Shown: one piece after another, positions 18,307 through 29,860 of the stretch
Position numbering within the stretch: position 1 is the first letter of the stretch
Layout of the letters: each line of letters opens with the position of its first letter
NCBI GenBank assembly: GCA_963704905.1
Contig: CAVPHZ010000002.1
Span: forward strand, 139,011 to 203,010
Direction: 5' to 3'
Length of the DNA: 64,000 bases
DNA from: Candidatus Chisholmbacteria bacterium
GTDB lineage: Bacteria; Patescibacteriota; Microgenomatia; UBA1400; Chisholmbacteraceae
Notes under the pieces: model-generated
Databases searched by the model: none
What the model was told of the DNA's origin: nothing
What the model saw: only the letters and a program-made list of their open reading frames with translations
Program-made: the position numbers and the translations under genes

Positions 18307-20486
18307 ATGCAACCAGGAGAAGAATTTCTCAAACCAGTCGATCCAAAAGAAGCGCTCGAGAAGTACACCGTCGATCTTACGGAGCTTGCCAGTCAAGACA
18401 AGCTTGATCCTGTTATCGGCAGAGACGAAGAGATTAGACGGATAATGCAAGTCCTCTCGAGAAAAACCAAGAATAATCCAGTACTTATTGGTGAACCGGG
18501 AGTGGGAAAAACCGCTCTTGTAGAGGGATTAGCGCAACGAATTACTCAGGGAGATGTACCTGATTCTTTGAAAAATAAAACACTACTCATACTTGATTTA
18601 GCCTCACTTCTTGCCGGGAGTAAGTTTCGAGGAGAATTTGAAGAGCGACTGAAAGCACTCATCAAGGCTGTTGAAAAAAGTGACGGGAAATACATTTTAT
18701 TTATTGATGAGCTTCACACCGTTGTTGGTGCTGGAGGAGCTCAAGGAGCGGTTGACGCATCCAATATGTTAAAACCAGGTCTGGCTAGAGGCGCATTACG
18801 TGTAGTCGGAGCAACAACCATCGACGAATACAGAAAATATATTGAAAAAGATGCAGCTCTAGAAAGAAGATTTCAGCCTGTATTTGTGAGTGAACCGACA
18901 GTTGAGGACACCATTGCCATCTTGAGAGGTTTGAAAGAAAAATATGAGGTTCATCACGGAATTCGAATTACTGATGATGCAATTATTTCCGCAGCCAAGC
19001 TATCAGCTAGATATATTACTGACAGATTTCTACCCGATAAAGCGATCGATTTGGTTGATGAAGCAACATCTGCATTAAAGATCGAAACAGAATCCCAACC
19101 ATCTGACCTCGATCGCCTTAAACGAAAAATTACTCAGCTCCAGATTGAATTACAGGCTTTGAAGAGAGAACGGGGCAATAAAGCAAAGAAGAAAAAAAAT
19201 GATCTTGAAAAGGAAATATCAAAACTTAGCCAGGAGGAGAAGGAGTATAGAGAACGTTGGGAAAGCCAAAAGGAACTCATTAGCAGAGTGCGAAAACTCC
19301 GTGAAGAACTCGACAAGCTGAGACTTCAACTTGAGAAGGCTGAAAGAGAAGTTCAACTTGAAGAAGCCGCAGAATTAAAATTCGGAAAAATTCCCAGCCT
19401 CAATAAACAATTAAAAGAAGTTGAAAAACAGTGGAAACAGATTCCGCCAGATCAGCGTATCCTTCGCGAGGAGGTTACTGATGAAGATATTGCTCAGGTT
19501 GTTTCTCGTTGGACATCGATACCGGTGACTCGTCTGGTCAGTACCGAAAAACAACGGCTTGCACATTTAGAAGATGAAATGGCTGAGATGGTAGTGGGCC
19601 AAAAAGAAGCACTCAAAGCAGTTGCAGGTGCGATACGACGGTCTAGAGCCGGTTTAGCTGAGGAGAATCGGCCGATAGCAGCGATGTTGTTCTTAGGACC
19701 GACCGGAGTAGGAAAAACAGAAACCACTCGAGCACTTGCGCAATCATTGTTTAACGATGCCAATGCACTGATCAGGATTGATATGAGCGAATACACGGAG
19801 CGTCATAGTGTTGCTCGTTTAATCGGTGCCCCGCCAGGGTATGTTGGCTTTGAGGAGGGGGACAGCTGACCGAAGCAGTGCGAAGAAAACCATATTCAGT
19901 TATTTTATTTGATGAAATTGAAAAAGCGCATCCACTGGTATTTAATATGTTTCTCCAAATATTTGACGCAGGTCGTCTTACCGATGGACAGGGAAGAGTT
20001 GTTGATTTTCGAAATACGGTACTAATCATGACCTCGAATCTAGGAGGAGATATTATTCGTAAAGCCACCGAGGGGAAAAATCATTCCACAGGAATGACCG
20101 AGTCTGTTCAGCAACAGATCTGGGAAATAGTCCAAAACACTTTTCCTCCAGAGTTTATTAACCGCCTTGATCAGATCATTATGTTTGATCCGTTAAACAA
20201 AGATCAAATCAGAAAGATCGTTGATCTTCAAATACAGTTAGTTGAAAATAGACTTGCGCAACAGAATATTCAAATTCATGTAAGTGAAAAGGCGAAGGAT
20301 GTCATCGCGGATAAGGGATTTGATCCAATCTACGGCGCTCGACCGTTGAAGCGAGTTATAGAAAATGAAATATTGGATGAAGTTGCAATGATGATTGTGG
20401 AAAACACAATATCAGAAGGCGACACGATTAAAGTGGTTGTCAAAGACAAAGATCTACATATCTTCAAAAGCAAAATTCAAAAGTAA
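18307..20486 (+). pseudogene. clpB: ClpB-type AAA+ disaggregase without an N domain, interrupted by a -1 frameshift in a G homopolymer
   Basis: Fragment 18307-19869 carries NBD1 (GEPGVGKT), the coiled-coil M domain and the Walker A of NBD2 (GPTGVGKT), ending [14 protein letters not shown]. The next frame reads [26 protein letters not shown].. through 20486. The canonical junction is ..[12 protein letters not shown].., and the sequence has gaggggga (5 G) where 6 are required, at 19853-19861. Confidence 0.85.
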
Positions 20487-20684
20487 TCAAAATAGATCAA
20501 CTCCAGGTAGAGTACAGTACGCACATCCTACACATTGCTCTACTTAGGTACGAGTGATATATATGACTTGTGATGAACAAGTCAAGCCAAGTTTTTAAGA
20601 CACAAATCAATAACATCATCCTCATAAAGGGGGACGGCTGGCTTTGCCAAAGAAAATAAAAAACAAGTAAAAAGAAGAAAGAGC

Positions 20685-20716
20685 AAAGCTAGCCACAACA
20701 ACAGGCTAGCTTTTTT
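20685..20716 (+). terminator. Rho-independent terminator-like hairpin
   Basis: aaaGCTAGCC-acaacaaca-GGCTAGCttt followed by TTTTTT at 20711-20716. Confidence 0.4.
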
Positions 20717-20754
20717 ACTTCAGAGAGAAATGAAGTGAAAGAAGGTGACACCAT

Positions 20755-20924
20755 ATGACAAAAAAAGACTGCGATTTATACCTGGAGCTCGCTGAACTTG
20801 CTCGCTCAAATGTATCTGGGCCCGTGAGGCGAGAGATGATCGCAGCAGCTCAAAAGCGGCTCGTTAGGAGACTCCAGGATACCGGAATCGTTTCGGATGA
20901 AGAAGCTGATGCACTCAGATCGTA
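20755..20924 (+). CDS. Hypothetical small helical protein (56 aa), missed by the 60-aa ORF cutoff
   Basis: ATG with RBS GAAGGTGA at 20741-20748. MTKKDCDLYLELAELARSNVSGPVRREMIAAAQKRLVRRLQDTGIVSDEEADALRS. Confidence 0.3.
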
Positions 20925-21145
20925 GTATCAATAATTGAGATTAAATTAAGAAATCATCCCCATATACAGGTCTAGTGTAATGTAACTCCCTAGCTTGAAT
21001 ATCCATAGCATTTCAGGTAGGATATCGAGAATGAATGAATCTAGAACGTTCAACCAACAAAATCAACAGGAGAAATAAACCTGTTGCGGCTGTTGGGGAA
21101 AGAATTCAATTAACTAGCCGCTAGCTAGTTTTTTTATTGATCATT

Positions 21146-21454
21146 ATGAAAATGAAAAAGAATCTAGTTTCTAGAAAATTGACGAGTAAATTAGCAAGAC
21201 TCTCTCAACTTTCATTCGATGCAAAAGAGCAAGAATACTTCACTCAACAATTCAATGAAACACTTGAAACTATTGATAAGTTGAATTCGCTTAATACACT
21301 TCAAGTAGCAGAGACGAATCAGGTTACTGGTCTATCAAATATCTTCCGGGATGACGTTATAGAAAAAGGGAAAATGTTATCTCAAAAACAAGCTCTTTCA
21401 AACGCAAAAACCACACACGAAGGTTACTTTGTAGTTAAGGCGTTATTTTCATGA
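21146..21454 (+). CDS. gatC: Asp/Glu-tRNA amidotransferase subunit C
   Basis: About 100 aa with ..LARLSQLSFDAKEQEYF...ETLETIDKLNSL.., the GatC pattern. First gene of gatCAB. ATG 21146 is preferred over the track's TTG 21137. Confidence 0.75.
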   Translation: MKMKKNLVSRKLTSKLARLSQLSFDAKEQEYFTQQFNETLETIDKLNSLNTLQVAETNQVTGLSNIFRDDVIEKGKMLSQKQALSNAKTTHEGYFVVKALFS

Positions 21455-22854
21455 GCAATCAACTGACACTCGCTCGTGCAAAAGAACTTTTAGATAAAAA
21501 AGAACTATCATCAATGGAACTGGTGCAGAGTTGTCTTGCAGCAATAAAAAAACAAGACAAAAAACTAAATGCATTTATTACAGTTAATCCAAATGCAATA
21601 AAAGATGCCCAAAATATTGACAGCAGTACCCAAAAAAAAAGATTACCTCTTCTTGGGATGCCGTTTGTTTTCAAAGATAATTTCTTAACCAAGGGTCTCC
21701 GAACGACAGCATCAAGTAAAGTATTGGATGACTATATTCCGCAATATTCAGCAACCGTCGTTCAAAGACTCTTAAACGCCGGGGTAGTTATTTTAGGGAA
21801 AAGCAACATGGATGCTTGGGCTCACGGCTCTTCCACTGAAACTTCAGATTATGGCTCGACCAAGAACCCTTGGAATGTAAATCATCTACCTGGTGGGTCG
21901 TCTGGTGGTTCTGCTGCTGCAGTTATTGCAGATATGTGCATTGCGGCCATAGGTTCTGAGACGGCTGGTTCAATTCGACAGCCAGCTGCTTGGTGTGGAT
22001 GCGTTGGTTTGAAGCCGACGTATGGAAGAGTAAGTAGGTATGGAGTAATTGCAATGGGGTCCTCATTGGACTCTCCCGGACCAATGACAAAAACAGTCGA
22101 GGACGCAGCCTTGATTCTTGAAGTACTCTCTGGAAAAGATCCAAACGACGCGACGACATCAGATAAGAAACCGGAAAAATACACTTCCTTTCTCAACAAG
22201 GGTGTCCGTGGATTAACGATCGGAATTGCAGAAGAATATCTTCTACCACAAATGCGAAGTGACGTGAAGGATCTTATTACAAACGCGGGAAAGGTATTTG
22301 AAGATCTGGGAGCTAAAGTAAATTATGTTAAAACAATGGATCCAAATTATGCAGTTAGTGTATATACCGTTATTCAAAGATCTGAAGTGTCTTCAAATCT
22401 GGGAAGATATGATGGAATTCGATATGGGAACACGCGTAAATATTTTGGGCAAGAGGCAAAAAGAAGAATTACATTAGGAACATTTGCACTTTCAGCTGGA
22501 TATGCAGATAAGTACTATAAGAAGGCTCAGAAGGTTCGAACCTTGTACATCAGAGACTTTGATAAATTATTTAACAAATACGATCTCATTATGGGACCAA
22601 CATCCCCTGGTCCGGCAAAAAAAGTGGGAGCAACAGAAGGACAGGCGATGTTTGGAGAAATGGAAGATATTCTTGTTGAGCCAAGCACAATTGCGGGGCT
22701 TCCTGGAATTAGCGTGCCGTGTGGGTTTGTAGATGATCTTCCAATTGGACTCGACATATTTGGTCCGCAATTTACGGAAGGGAAAGTAATTCAAGCTGCC
22801 GCTGCATTTGAAAAAGCAACAAAATGGTATGAAAAAAAACCAAAATTAACATGA
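21451..22854 (+). CDS. gatA: Asp/Glu-tRNA amidotransferase subunit A (amidase)
   Basis: Amidase signature [15 protein letters not shown] overlap with gatC. Confidence 0.9.
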   Translation: MSNQLTLARAKELLDKKELSSMELVQSCLAAIKKQDKKLNAFITVNPNAIKDAQNIDSSTQKKRLPLLGMPFVFKDNFLTKGLRTTASSKVLDDYIPQYSATVVQRLLNAGVVILGKSNMDAWAHGSSTETSDYGSTKNPWNVNHLPGGSSGGSAAAVIADMCIAAIGSETAGSIRQPAAWCGCVGLKPTYGRVSRYGVIAMGSSLDSPGPMTKTVEDAALILEVLSGKDPNDATTSDKKPEKYTSFLNKGVRGLTIGIAEEYLLPQMRSDVKDLITNAGKVFEDLGAKVNYVKTMDPNYAVSVYTVIQRSEVSSNLGRYDGIRYGNTRKYFGQEAKRRITLGTFALSAGYADKYYKKAQKVRTLYIRDFDKLFNKYDLIMGPTSPGPAKKVGATEGQAMFGEMEDILVEPSTIAGLPGISVPCGFVDDLPIGLDIFGPQFTEGKVIQAAAAFEKATKWYEKKPKLT

Positions 22855-24152
22855 AAGATAAAACCCCAATAATTGGAATGGAAATTCACATTGAGTTGAG
22901 TACTGACTCCAAAATGTTTTGCGGTTGTGTAAATAAGCATTATATGGTCAAACCAAACTCTCACACATGTCCAGTATGTCTCGGATTACCTGGTGCGTTA
23001 CCTGTACCAAACAGAAAAGCCGTTGACTGGACACTATTGATTGGACTAGCTTTAAACTGCAAAATTCGCCAGGAATCTAAGTTCGATCGCAAGCATTATT
23101 TCTATCCGGATTTACCCAAAGGCTATCAAATCAGCCAGTACGACGAACCGCTCTGTGAAAACGGATTTATTGATACCTCCGATGGTAGGATCAATATTAC
23201 TCGAGTGCACCTTGAGGAAGATACGGGGAAATTAGTGCATAGAAAAGTGAATGGCAAAAACGTCAGTCTAATTGACTTTAATAGAAGTGGCGTGCCGCTG
23301 GTAGAGATCGTTACGGAGCCTGATATCCACTCAGGCAAACAAGCAAAAGAACTCACTAAAAAACTTCAGCAACTTCTTCGATATCTCAATGTATCTGATT
23401 GCGATATGGAAAAAGGGTCAATGCGACTCGAGGCAAATATTTCATGGGGAATGGATTTAGGTTACAAAGTTGAGGTAAAGAATCTTAATTCATTCCGCTT
23501 TGTGGAACGAGCCATCGACTACGAGCTCTTAAGACAAAAGAAGATGCTTGATAGTGGAAAAACTCCCCGCCAAGAAACTCGTGGATGGTCTGAGAAAAAA
23601 AATAAAACAGTATCACAGCGTTTCAAAGAAACTGCTGCAGACTACCGTTATTTTCCAGAACCTGATATTCCACCCATGAAATTTTCTACCGCTTATATTG
23701 ACGCTTTAAAAAACAAACTACCTATACTGCCAGATGTAATGATAGAGAATTTTCAATCAAAGTATCACATCAAGAAGCAGTATGTAGTAGTGTTAAAAGC
23801 TGATAAGCAGAGATTGGAGTATGCAGATCAGGCTCTGAAAATTGCAGTCAAAGAAAAAGTAGATCTCAACGATGTCGCCAGCGCAATCGTGAATAAAAAA
23901 ATCGATATCAACAACCTTTCTCCCAAGAAACTAATTGATCAAATCAAATCTCAAATTTCCGTAGTAATATCAGATGATAAGACGCTAAAAGCTTGGGTGC
24001 TTCAGGCAATGAACGAGCTTCCAGAGGCTGTAGAAGACTACCGTACAGGAAAAGTGTCTGCAATCTCAGCGCTCATTGGCAAAGTCATGCAACTTTCAAA
24101 AGGAAAAGCGCAGGCGAAAAAGGTCAAACAGCTACTGGAAAAGAAACTGTAA
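22851..24152 (+). CDS. gatB: Asp/Glu-tRNA amidotransferase subunit B
   Basis: N-terminal IGMEIHIEL, CxxC zinc motif, and a C-terminal GatB/YqeY helical domain. ATGA overlap with gatA. Confidence 0.9.
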   Translation: MKDKTPIIGMEIHIELSTDSKMFCGCVNKHYMVKPNSHTCPVCLGLPGALPVPNRKAVDWTLLIGLALNCKIRQESKFDRKHYFYPDLPKGYQISQYDEPLCENGFIDTSDGRINITRVHLEEDTGKLVHRKVNGKNVSLIDFNRSGVPLVEIVTEPDIHSGKQAKELTKKLQQLLRYLNVSDCDMEKGSMRLEANISWGMDLGYKVEVKNLNSFRFVERAIDYELLRQKKMLDSGKTPRQETRGWSEKKNKTVSQRFKETAADYRYFPEPDIPPMKFSTAYIDALKNKLPILPDVMIENFQSKYHIKKQYVVVLKADKQRLEYADQALKIAVKEKVDLNDVASAIVNKKIDINNLSPKKLIDQIKSQISVVISDDKTLKAWVLQAMNELPEAVEDYRTGKVSAISALIGKVMQLSKGKAQAKKVKQLLEKKL

Positions 24153-24212
24153 TTAAAAACCTCAATTTCTTCTGTTGGAAAAAGGGTTACTTCTTGTTAG
24201 GATGCTAACTAT

Positions 24213-27200
24213 ATGAGCGAGATAGTTCACCTTCATGTACATACGGAATATTCTCTTCTCGATGGACTAAGCAAAATTCCATTACTTCTGGATCGCGCTA
24301 AGCAGCAAAATATGAAAGCTCTAGCGATCACCGATCATGGTGGCATGTATGGCGCTATTCAGTTTTACACGAGTGCTCTTGAGAAAGGCATTAAGCCAAT
24401 TATCGGAGTTGAAACCTACATGGCTGCGAAGTCTCGCCATGACAAACAACCTCGACTCGGAGGGGATCAGTTTCACTTATTACTGCTGGCAAAAAATGAT
24501 GTTGGGTATCGAAATCTTCTCTCACTCACAACCATTTCCCATCTGGAGGGATATCACTATCGTCCGCGAATTGATTGGGAAGTATTAGAAGCCCACAAAG
24601 AAGGTGTGGTTGTTACCAGTGGTTGTCTTCAAGGTCAGCTTTCACAGCTCATGTTAGAAAACCAGGATAAACAAGCCAAGAAGCTCGCCAGTAGATTTCA
24701 ACAAACATTTGGAGAGGACTATTATTTGGAAATTCAGCATCATCCCACTATCCCTGAGGTAGGGAAGGTGAGAGATAAAACCATTAAACTCTCAAGGGAA
24801 CTAGGCATACCACTGGTTGCCACAAATGATGTGCATTACATAGATCCCGAAGACGCAGAAGCACAAGATGCGCTATTGGCAATCCAGACGAGAAAAATTC
24901 TAACTGATGAAAACCGCCTCAGCATGCTCGACTCACCTGATTTCTACCTCAAAAGCAGTGATGAAATGACTGAGGCGTTCAAAGACACACCTGATGCAGT
25001 CGAGAATACGGTGAAAATTGCAGATAAATGCCAGGTAGAGATTCCGATTGGCAAATGGATTCTTCCAAAATTCACGCTTCCAAAAAATGAAACATCTGAC
25101 TCGTTCCTTCGCAAAGAAGTGAAAAAAAAAGCAAAAATCAGACTGAAAAAGATCACGAAAGAGTTGGAAGACAGGATTGATCATGAACTCAATACTATCT
25201 GCAGTAAAGGTTTTGCTGCTTATTTTTTAATTGTCTCTGATTTTGTGAACTGGGCGAAACAACAAGGTATCCGGGTTGGGCCGGGGAGAGGCTCAGCTGC
25301 TGGTTCTCTGGTCAGTTACATACTTCGTATTACTTCAATTAATCCGATGGAGCATGGATTGCCATTTGAGCGATTCTTAAATCCTGATCGCCCCTCACCC
25401 CCAGATATTGATCTGGACTTTGCCGATAACCGAAGAGATGAGGTTATTAATTATGTGTCAAAAAAATATGGGGAGCAAAAAGTAGCTCAGATTATTACCT
25501 TTGGCACCATGGAGGCCAGAGGAAGCGTGAGGGACATTGGCAGAGTCCTGGGGATGCCGTATGAGGAACCGGATCGTATTGCCAAGCTGATTCCAGTTGG
25601 CTACAACATTGAAGAAGCGTTAACGAGCGTTTTTGAGCTACAGGAGTATTACAAACAGGAAAAATATAAAAAACTTCTCGATCTTGCTAGGAAAGTTGAA
25701 GGAGTTTCCAGGCACGCATCAACACATGCAGCTGGAGTTGTAATCGCTGATCGAGATCTTACCTACTACACACCACTGCAGCGTGAAACAAAAGGTGGAA
25801 AAATTATCACCCAGTTCGACATGTATTCTCTCGATCTCAATATCACGAAAAACGCTATCGGATTGATGAAGATGGACTTTTTAGGATTAAGAAATCTCTC
25901 AATTTTAGGTGAGGCCATCGATCTGGTGAAAGTTCAAACAGGACTTGATGTCGATATCTCCGATATTCCTCTAGATGATAAAAAAGTGTTCGAGATATTA
26001 AGCAAAGGGGAAACAACCGGAATATTTCAACTCGAGTCAGCTGGTATGCGCCGAGTTGCACGAAATCTCAAACCTAATCGCTTTTCAGACATTACTGCTA
26101 TGGTCGCACTCTATAGACCGGGTCCGATGGAGCTTATCAATGACTTCATTCTCGGAAAGCAAAACCCTTCAAAAGTAAAGTATCCGCACAACGATCTCAA
26201 GCCAATCCTTGAAGAAACCTACGGGATCGCAGTTTACCAAGAGCAATGTTTACAGATTGCCGCATTCTTATCCGGTTACACACTCGGTGAAGCAGATAAT
26301 TTACGGCTCGCTATTGGGAAGAAGAAAAAAGCAATAATGGGGAAAGAGAAAAAGAAATTCGTTTTAGGTGCTCAAGAGAAAGGCTACACCAAAGCAGTTG
26401 CAGAGAGGGTTTGGGGTTTTATTGAGAGATTTGCAGGATATGGGTTTAACAAGGCACACTCGGCCAGCTATGCCATGATTGCGTACCAAACTGCATACAT
26501 GAAAGTCAATTATCCAGTTGAGTACATGACAGCCTTGCTTTCCTCGGAAAAATCAAATACCGATAAACTAGCCATTGGAGTTGAAGAATGCCGACGCATG
26601 AAGATAGGCATTCTACCGCCGAGCGTAAATCAGTCACAGAGCAGATTCTCAATTGAAAAGAATAAACAGTCATTGGAAGGAAAATCCATTCGTTTCGGTC
26701 TGTCTGCAATCAAGAATATTGGGGAGGCTTCAATTGAAGCGGTATTGACAGTCAGAGCTGACGGACCATTTCAGTCTCTGGGTGATTTTATTAGAAGAGT
26801 TGACCAGCAAAAAGTGAATAAAAAAATCGTCGAAAGCTTAATCAAAGTTGGAGCCATGGATGAATTCGGGAATCGAGCTGCGATGCTTCTTTCTCTGGAT
26901 GAAATTAGGGAAAAGTCTATCGTAGATCAAAGACGAAAATTGCAAGGCCAAACAACCCTCTTCGAAGCCATTCCGGCAGATGAATCATCCCTAAAAGTGG
27001 GAGAAAAACTTGCAGATGTTGAAGAATTTCCCAAAGCAGAATTACTTGCGATGGAAAAGCAATTGTTGGGATTTTATCTCACAGAGCACCCCATGGCGAA
27101 AACTCTCGATGAAATGGCATCACAAGCAACACATAAAATTTACGAACTTTCTGCTGATATTCACACAGGTAGAACAGTCACGCTCACTGGGATGTTGTCA

Positions 27201-27647
27201 AATATAAGAAAAGTCATGACCAAACGATCTCAGCAAGAAATGGCATTCGCAATGCTAGAGGATGGTTCAGGAAAAATTGATCTAGTAGTGTTTCCAAAAC
27301 TCTTTGCAACGACCAGAGAAATTTGGCTTGAAGACAAACCAATCTTGGTGAAAGGAACCTTGGACAACCGCGAAGATCGATTGTCATTGATTGTCGAGCA
27401 AGTTCATACACAACTCAGCGGACAATTAAAATCCCATTCCTCAGAAAGTGGGGAAGAGGTTATCGAAGTCCCGCTCGGAACCTCAAGGGATAAATTAAAA
27501 CAGCTGAGCTCACTGCTTAAAAAAAGTCCTGGGAATGTAAAAGTAAAAATTAGACTAGCAAATGGAAGTCAACCAAAAACACTTATTCTTCCCTATACGG
27601 TAAATTTCACTCAAGATTTACGAGAGCAAATTGAAGAGATTCTTTAA
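24213..27647 (+). CDS. dnaE: DNA polymerase III alpha subunit
   Basis: 1144 aa. PHP N-terminus HLHVHTEYSLLDG; polymerase core (GPGRGSAAGS, LDFLGLRNL); OB fold at the C-terminus. Confidence 0.95.
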   Translation: MSEIVHLHVHTEYSLLDGLSKIPLLLDRAKQQNMKALAITDHGGMYGAIQFYTSALEKGIKPIIGVETYMAAKSRHDKQPRLGGDQFHLLLLAKNDVGYRNLLSLTTISHLEGYHYRPRIDWEVLEAHKEGVVVTSGCLQGQLSQLMLENQDKQAKKLASRFQQTFGEDYYLEIQHHPTIPEVGKVRDKTIKLSRELGIPLVATNDVHYIDPEDAEAQDALLAIQTRKILTDENRLSMLDSPDFYLKSSDEMTEAFKDTPDAVENTVKIADKCQVEIPIGKWILPKFTLPKNETSDSFLRKEVKKKAKIRLKKITKELEDRIDHELNTICSKGFAAYFLIVSDFVNWAKQQGIRVGPGRGSAAGSLVSYILRITSINPMEHGLPFERFLNPDRPSPPDIDLDFADNRRDEVINYVSKKYGEQKVAQIITFGTMEARGSVRDIGRVLGMPYEEPDRIAKLIPVGYNIEEALTSVFELQEYYKQEKYKKLLDLARKVEGVSRHASTHAAGVVIADRDLTYYTPLQRETKGGKIITQFDMYSLDLNITKNAIGLMKMDFLGLRNLSILGEAIDLVKVQTGLDVDISDIPLDDKKVFEILSKGETTGIFQLESAGMRRVARNLKPNRFSDITAMVALYRPGPMELINDFILGKQNPSKVKYPHNDLKPILEETYGIAVYQEQCLQIAAFLSGYTLGEADNLRLAIGKKKKAIMGKEKKKFVLGAQEKGYTKAVAERVWGFIERFAGYGFNKAHSASYAMIAYQTAYMKVNYPVEYMTALLSSEKSNTDKLAIGVEECRRMKIGILPPSVNQSQSRFSIEKNKQSLEGKSIRFGLSAIKNIGEASIEAVLTVRADGPFQSLGDFIRRVDQQKVNKKIVESLIKVGAMDEFGNRAAMLLSLDEIREKSIVDQRRKLQGQTTLFEAIPADESSLKVGEKLADVEEFPKAELLAMEKQLLGFYLTEHPMAKTLDEMASQATHKIYELSADIHTGRTVTLTGMLSNIRKVMTKRSQQEMAFAMLEDGSGKIDLVVFPKLFATTREIWLEDKPILVKGTLDNREDRLSLIVEQVHTQLSGQLKSHSSESGEEVIEVPLGTSRDKLKQLSSLLKKSPGNVKVKIRLANGSQPKTLILPYTVNFTQDLREQIEEIL

Positions 27648-27733
27648 GTAACGATTCACATACGATATTCGTAGATACCGAATAGTACGTTTCTCACTTG
27701 ACGCTTCAGAACCTCCACGGCTAGAATACTCTA

Positions 27734-29386
27734 ATGCGTCCAAACTTCATTTTCGTTATCGGTGGTGTGTTATCTGGAATTGGTAAAGGGGTGACCACGG
27801 CATCAATTGCTCTTCTGATTAAATCTCGCGGTTTTAAGGTCACCAGCATTAAAATCGATCCGTATATCTCCTTAGATGCCGGCACAATGCGTCCAGCTGA
27901 ACATGGCGAGGTATTTGTCACCGACGATGGAGGAGAAATCGATCAAGATCTTGGAAACTACGAGCGGTTCTTGGATCAGTCTCTCACCAAAGAGCACAAC
28001 ATCACTACAGGAAAGGTTTTTGCGAATGTAATCGATAATGAAAGACATTTTAAATACAAGGGTCGTGACGCCTCTATGTTTCCAGATGTTATCAATGAGA
28101 TAAAGCGGATGCTTCTCGCGCCAATTACAGATGAAGAGATTGTTCTTGTTGAGGTTGGTGGCACAACCGGAGATTTGGAAAATCAGCCATTTCTCCACGC
28201 TGCTCGAGAGCTTGGACGAGAATATCCTTCAGTTTACGTTCTAGTTACCTATCTCCCATATTTAAAAAATGTTGGTGAATTAAAAACCAAACCAACTCAG
28301 CATGCTGTAGCCTATTTGAGAGAAACTGGCATTTTTCCTGACTTTATTATTACACGTGGGGAAATTCCGATTGATGAGCCAAGGGTAGAAACCATTGCTT
28401 CAAGGTGTTTTATCGATAAGGAAAATATTATAGATAATCCAGATACTGAAAATATCTATGAGATTCCATTGACGCTTAAAAAAGCCAAGATTGAGGAAAA
28501 GATACTCAAAGCATTAGATTTAAACCCCAAAGCGAAAGATCTTAACGAGTGGAAATCGTTTGTCGAACAAACCAGTTTAAAAAAAGATCCCCTGACAATT
28601 GCCTTAGTCGGTAAGTATGTCGTCCATGGGGCTGATAAACATAGGGACGTTTACATTTCTGTTCTTGAAGCTTTGACGCATGCTGCTGCATTTCAAAAAC
28701 ATGCCATAAAGGTTATTCCTATCGACTCATCTCTTATTGAAAAACAGGGAGAGAAAATACTTGCTGAAGTGAATCCAAATGCTATTGTCGTACCGCAAGG
28801 TTGGGGAAGCCGGGGGATTGAGGGAAAAATCTCAGCGGCAACTTATGCCAGAGTGAATAAAATTCCCTATCTTGGTTTGTGTTTTGGTATGCAGCTGGCA
28901 ACCGTCGAATTTGCCAGGAATGTCGTTGGTCTCAGGGAATCAAATTCAGAAGAAATAGATAAGAGTGCAAAATACCATGTTATTCACATTATGCCAGAAC
29001 AAAAGGAATATTTAAAAAAACACCAATACGGTGGCACTATCCGCTTAGGATCCTGGCCATGCAAGGTAAAACCAGCAACTTTACTTGAAGATGCGTACAA
29101 GACTTGGGGAGCTAACGAAAATAGTATGAAAAACTTACGTATCAATGAACGTCATCGACATCGGTACGAGGTGAATAATTCATACCTCAATAAATTAACC
29201 GATAAAGGGTATGTCGTTTCAGGCGTAAGTCCAGATGGAAAACTTGTCGAAGCCATGGAACTTGACACATCACTACACCCATTTTTTGTGGGAACACAAT
29301 TTCATCCCGAGTTCAAATCTCGTCCACTCTCTCCTCACCCGATATTCATAAGCTTCATCCGAGCAGCGCAGCACCATGCCTCTTGA
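27734..29386 (+). CDS. pyrG: CTP synthase
   Basis: N-terminal synthase domain VIGGVLSGIGKG; C-terminal GATase with GLCFGMQ and H..FHPEF. Confidence 0.95.
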   Translation: MRPNFIFVIGGVLSGIGKGVTTASIALLIKSRGFKVTSIKIDPYISLDAGTMRPAEHGEVFVTDDGGEIDQDLGNYERFLDQSLTKEHNITTGKVFANVIDNERHFKYKGRDASMFPDVINEIKRMLLAPITDEEIVLVEVGGTTGDLENQPFLHAARELGREYPSVYVLVTYLPYLKNVGELKTKPTQHAVAYLRETGIFPDFIITRGEIPIDEPRVETIASRCFIDKENIIDNPDTENIYEIPLTLKKAKIEEKILKALDLNPKAKDLNEWKSFVEQTSLKKDPLTIALVGKYVVHGADKHRDVYISVLEALTHAAAFQKHAIKVIPIDSSLIEKQGEKILAEVNPNAIVVPQGWGSRGIEGKISAATYARVNKIPYLGLCFGMQLATVEFARNVVGLRESNSEEIDKSAKYHVIHIMPEQKEYLKKHQYGGTIRLGSWPCKVKPATLLEDAYKTWGANENSMKNLRINERHRHRYEVNNSYLNKLTDKGYVVSGVSPDGKLVEAMELDTSLHPFFVGTQFHPEFKSRPLSPHPIFISFIRAAQHHAS

Positions 29387-29425
29387 GAGAAGCATCTCCT
29401 TCTGCTACAATCACCCAATTACACT

Positions 29426-29860
29426 ATGGCATTAACAGCGACAATCAAGAATAGAAAAGTCCATGTCGGTGATACAGTGAGTGTTCACCAAGAAATTGTT
29501 GAGGACGAAAAAAAACGTACTCAGGTATTTGCTGGCGTCGTAATCTCAATCAAAGGTCATGGAACCGGAAAATCGTTTACCGTTCGTAAAATTGCGCACG
29601 GTAGTATTGGGGTTGAACGGATTTGGCCAATTATTTCTCCCAGCATCAAAAAGATAGAAGTAAATAAAGAGGGATCAGTTCGCCGGTCCAAATTGTATTA
29701 CCTTCGAGAAAGAACAGGAAAAAGTGCAATAAAAATTAAAACCAGGGAAAAAATAAAAGTGACTGATAAAGCAAAACCATCTGCATCTAAACAGTCAAAA
29801 ACAGCAAAGAAAAAGAAGGAACCTGCTGGTGCTTCCAAAAAGTCTCGGAAAAAAGGGTGA
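29426..29860 (+). CDS. rplS: Ribosomal protein L19 with a 30-aa lysine-rich C-terminal extension
   Basis: [67 protein letters not shown] is the L19 core; the KxK-rich tail is extra. Confidence 0.9.
   Translation: MALTATIKNRKVHVGDTVSVHQEIVEDEKKRTQVFAGVVISIKGHGTGKSFTVRKIAHGSIGVERIWPIISPSIKKIEVNKEGSVRRSKLYYLRERTGKSAIKIKTREKIKVTDKAKPSASKQSKTAKKKKEPAGASKKSRKKG

Noticed and set aside
20487-21145. Checked by eye for tmRNA, SRP RNA and RNase P RNA hallmarks in the long spacer.
   Set aside because: The conserved boxes of these RNAs (tRNA-like ends with a tag ORF, the GGAAGCAGC SRP motif, the RNase P GGAAAGTCCGGGC-like P4 sequence) were not found. Only a generic ncRNA possibility remains.
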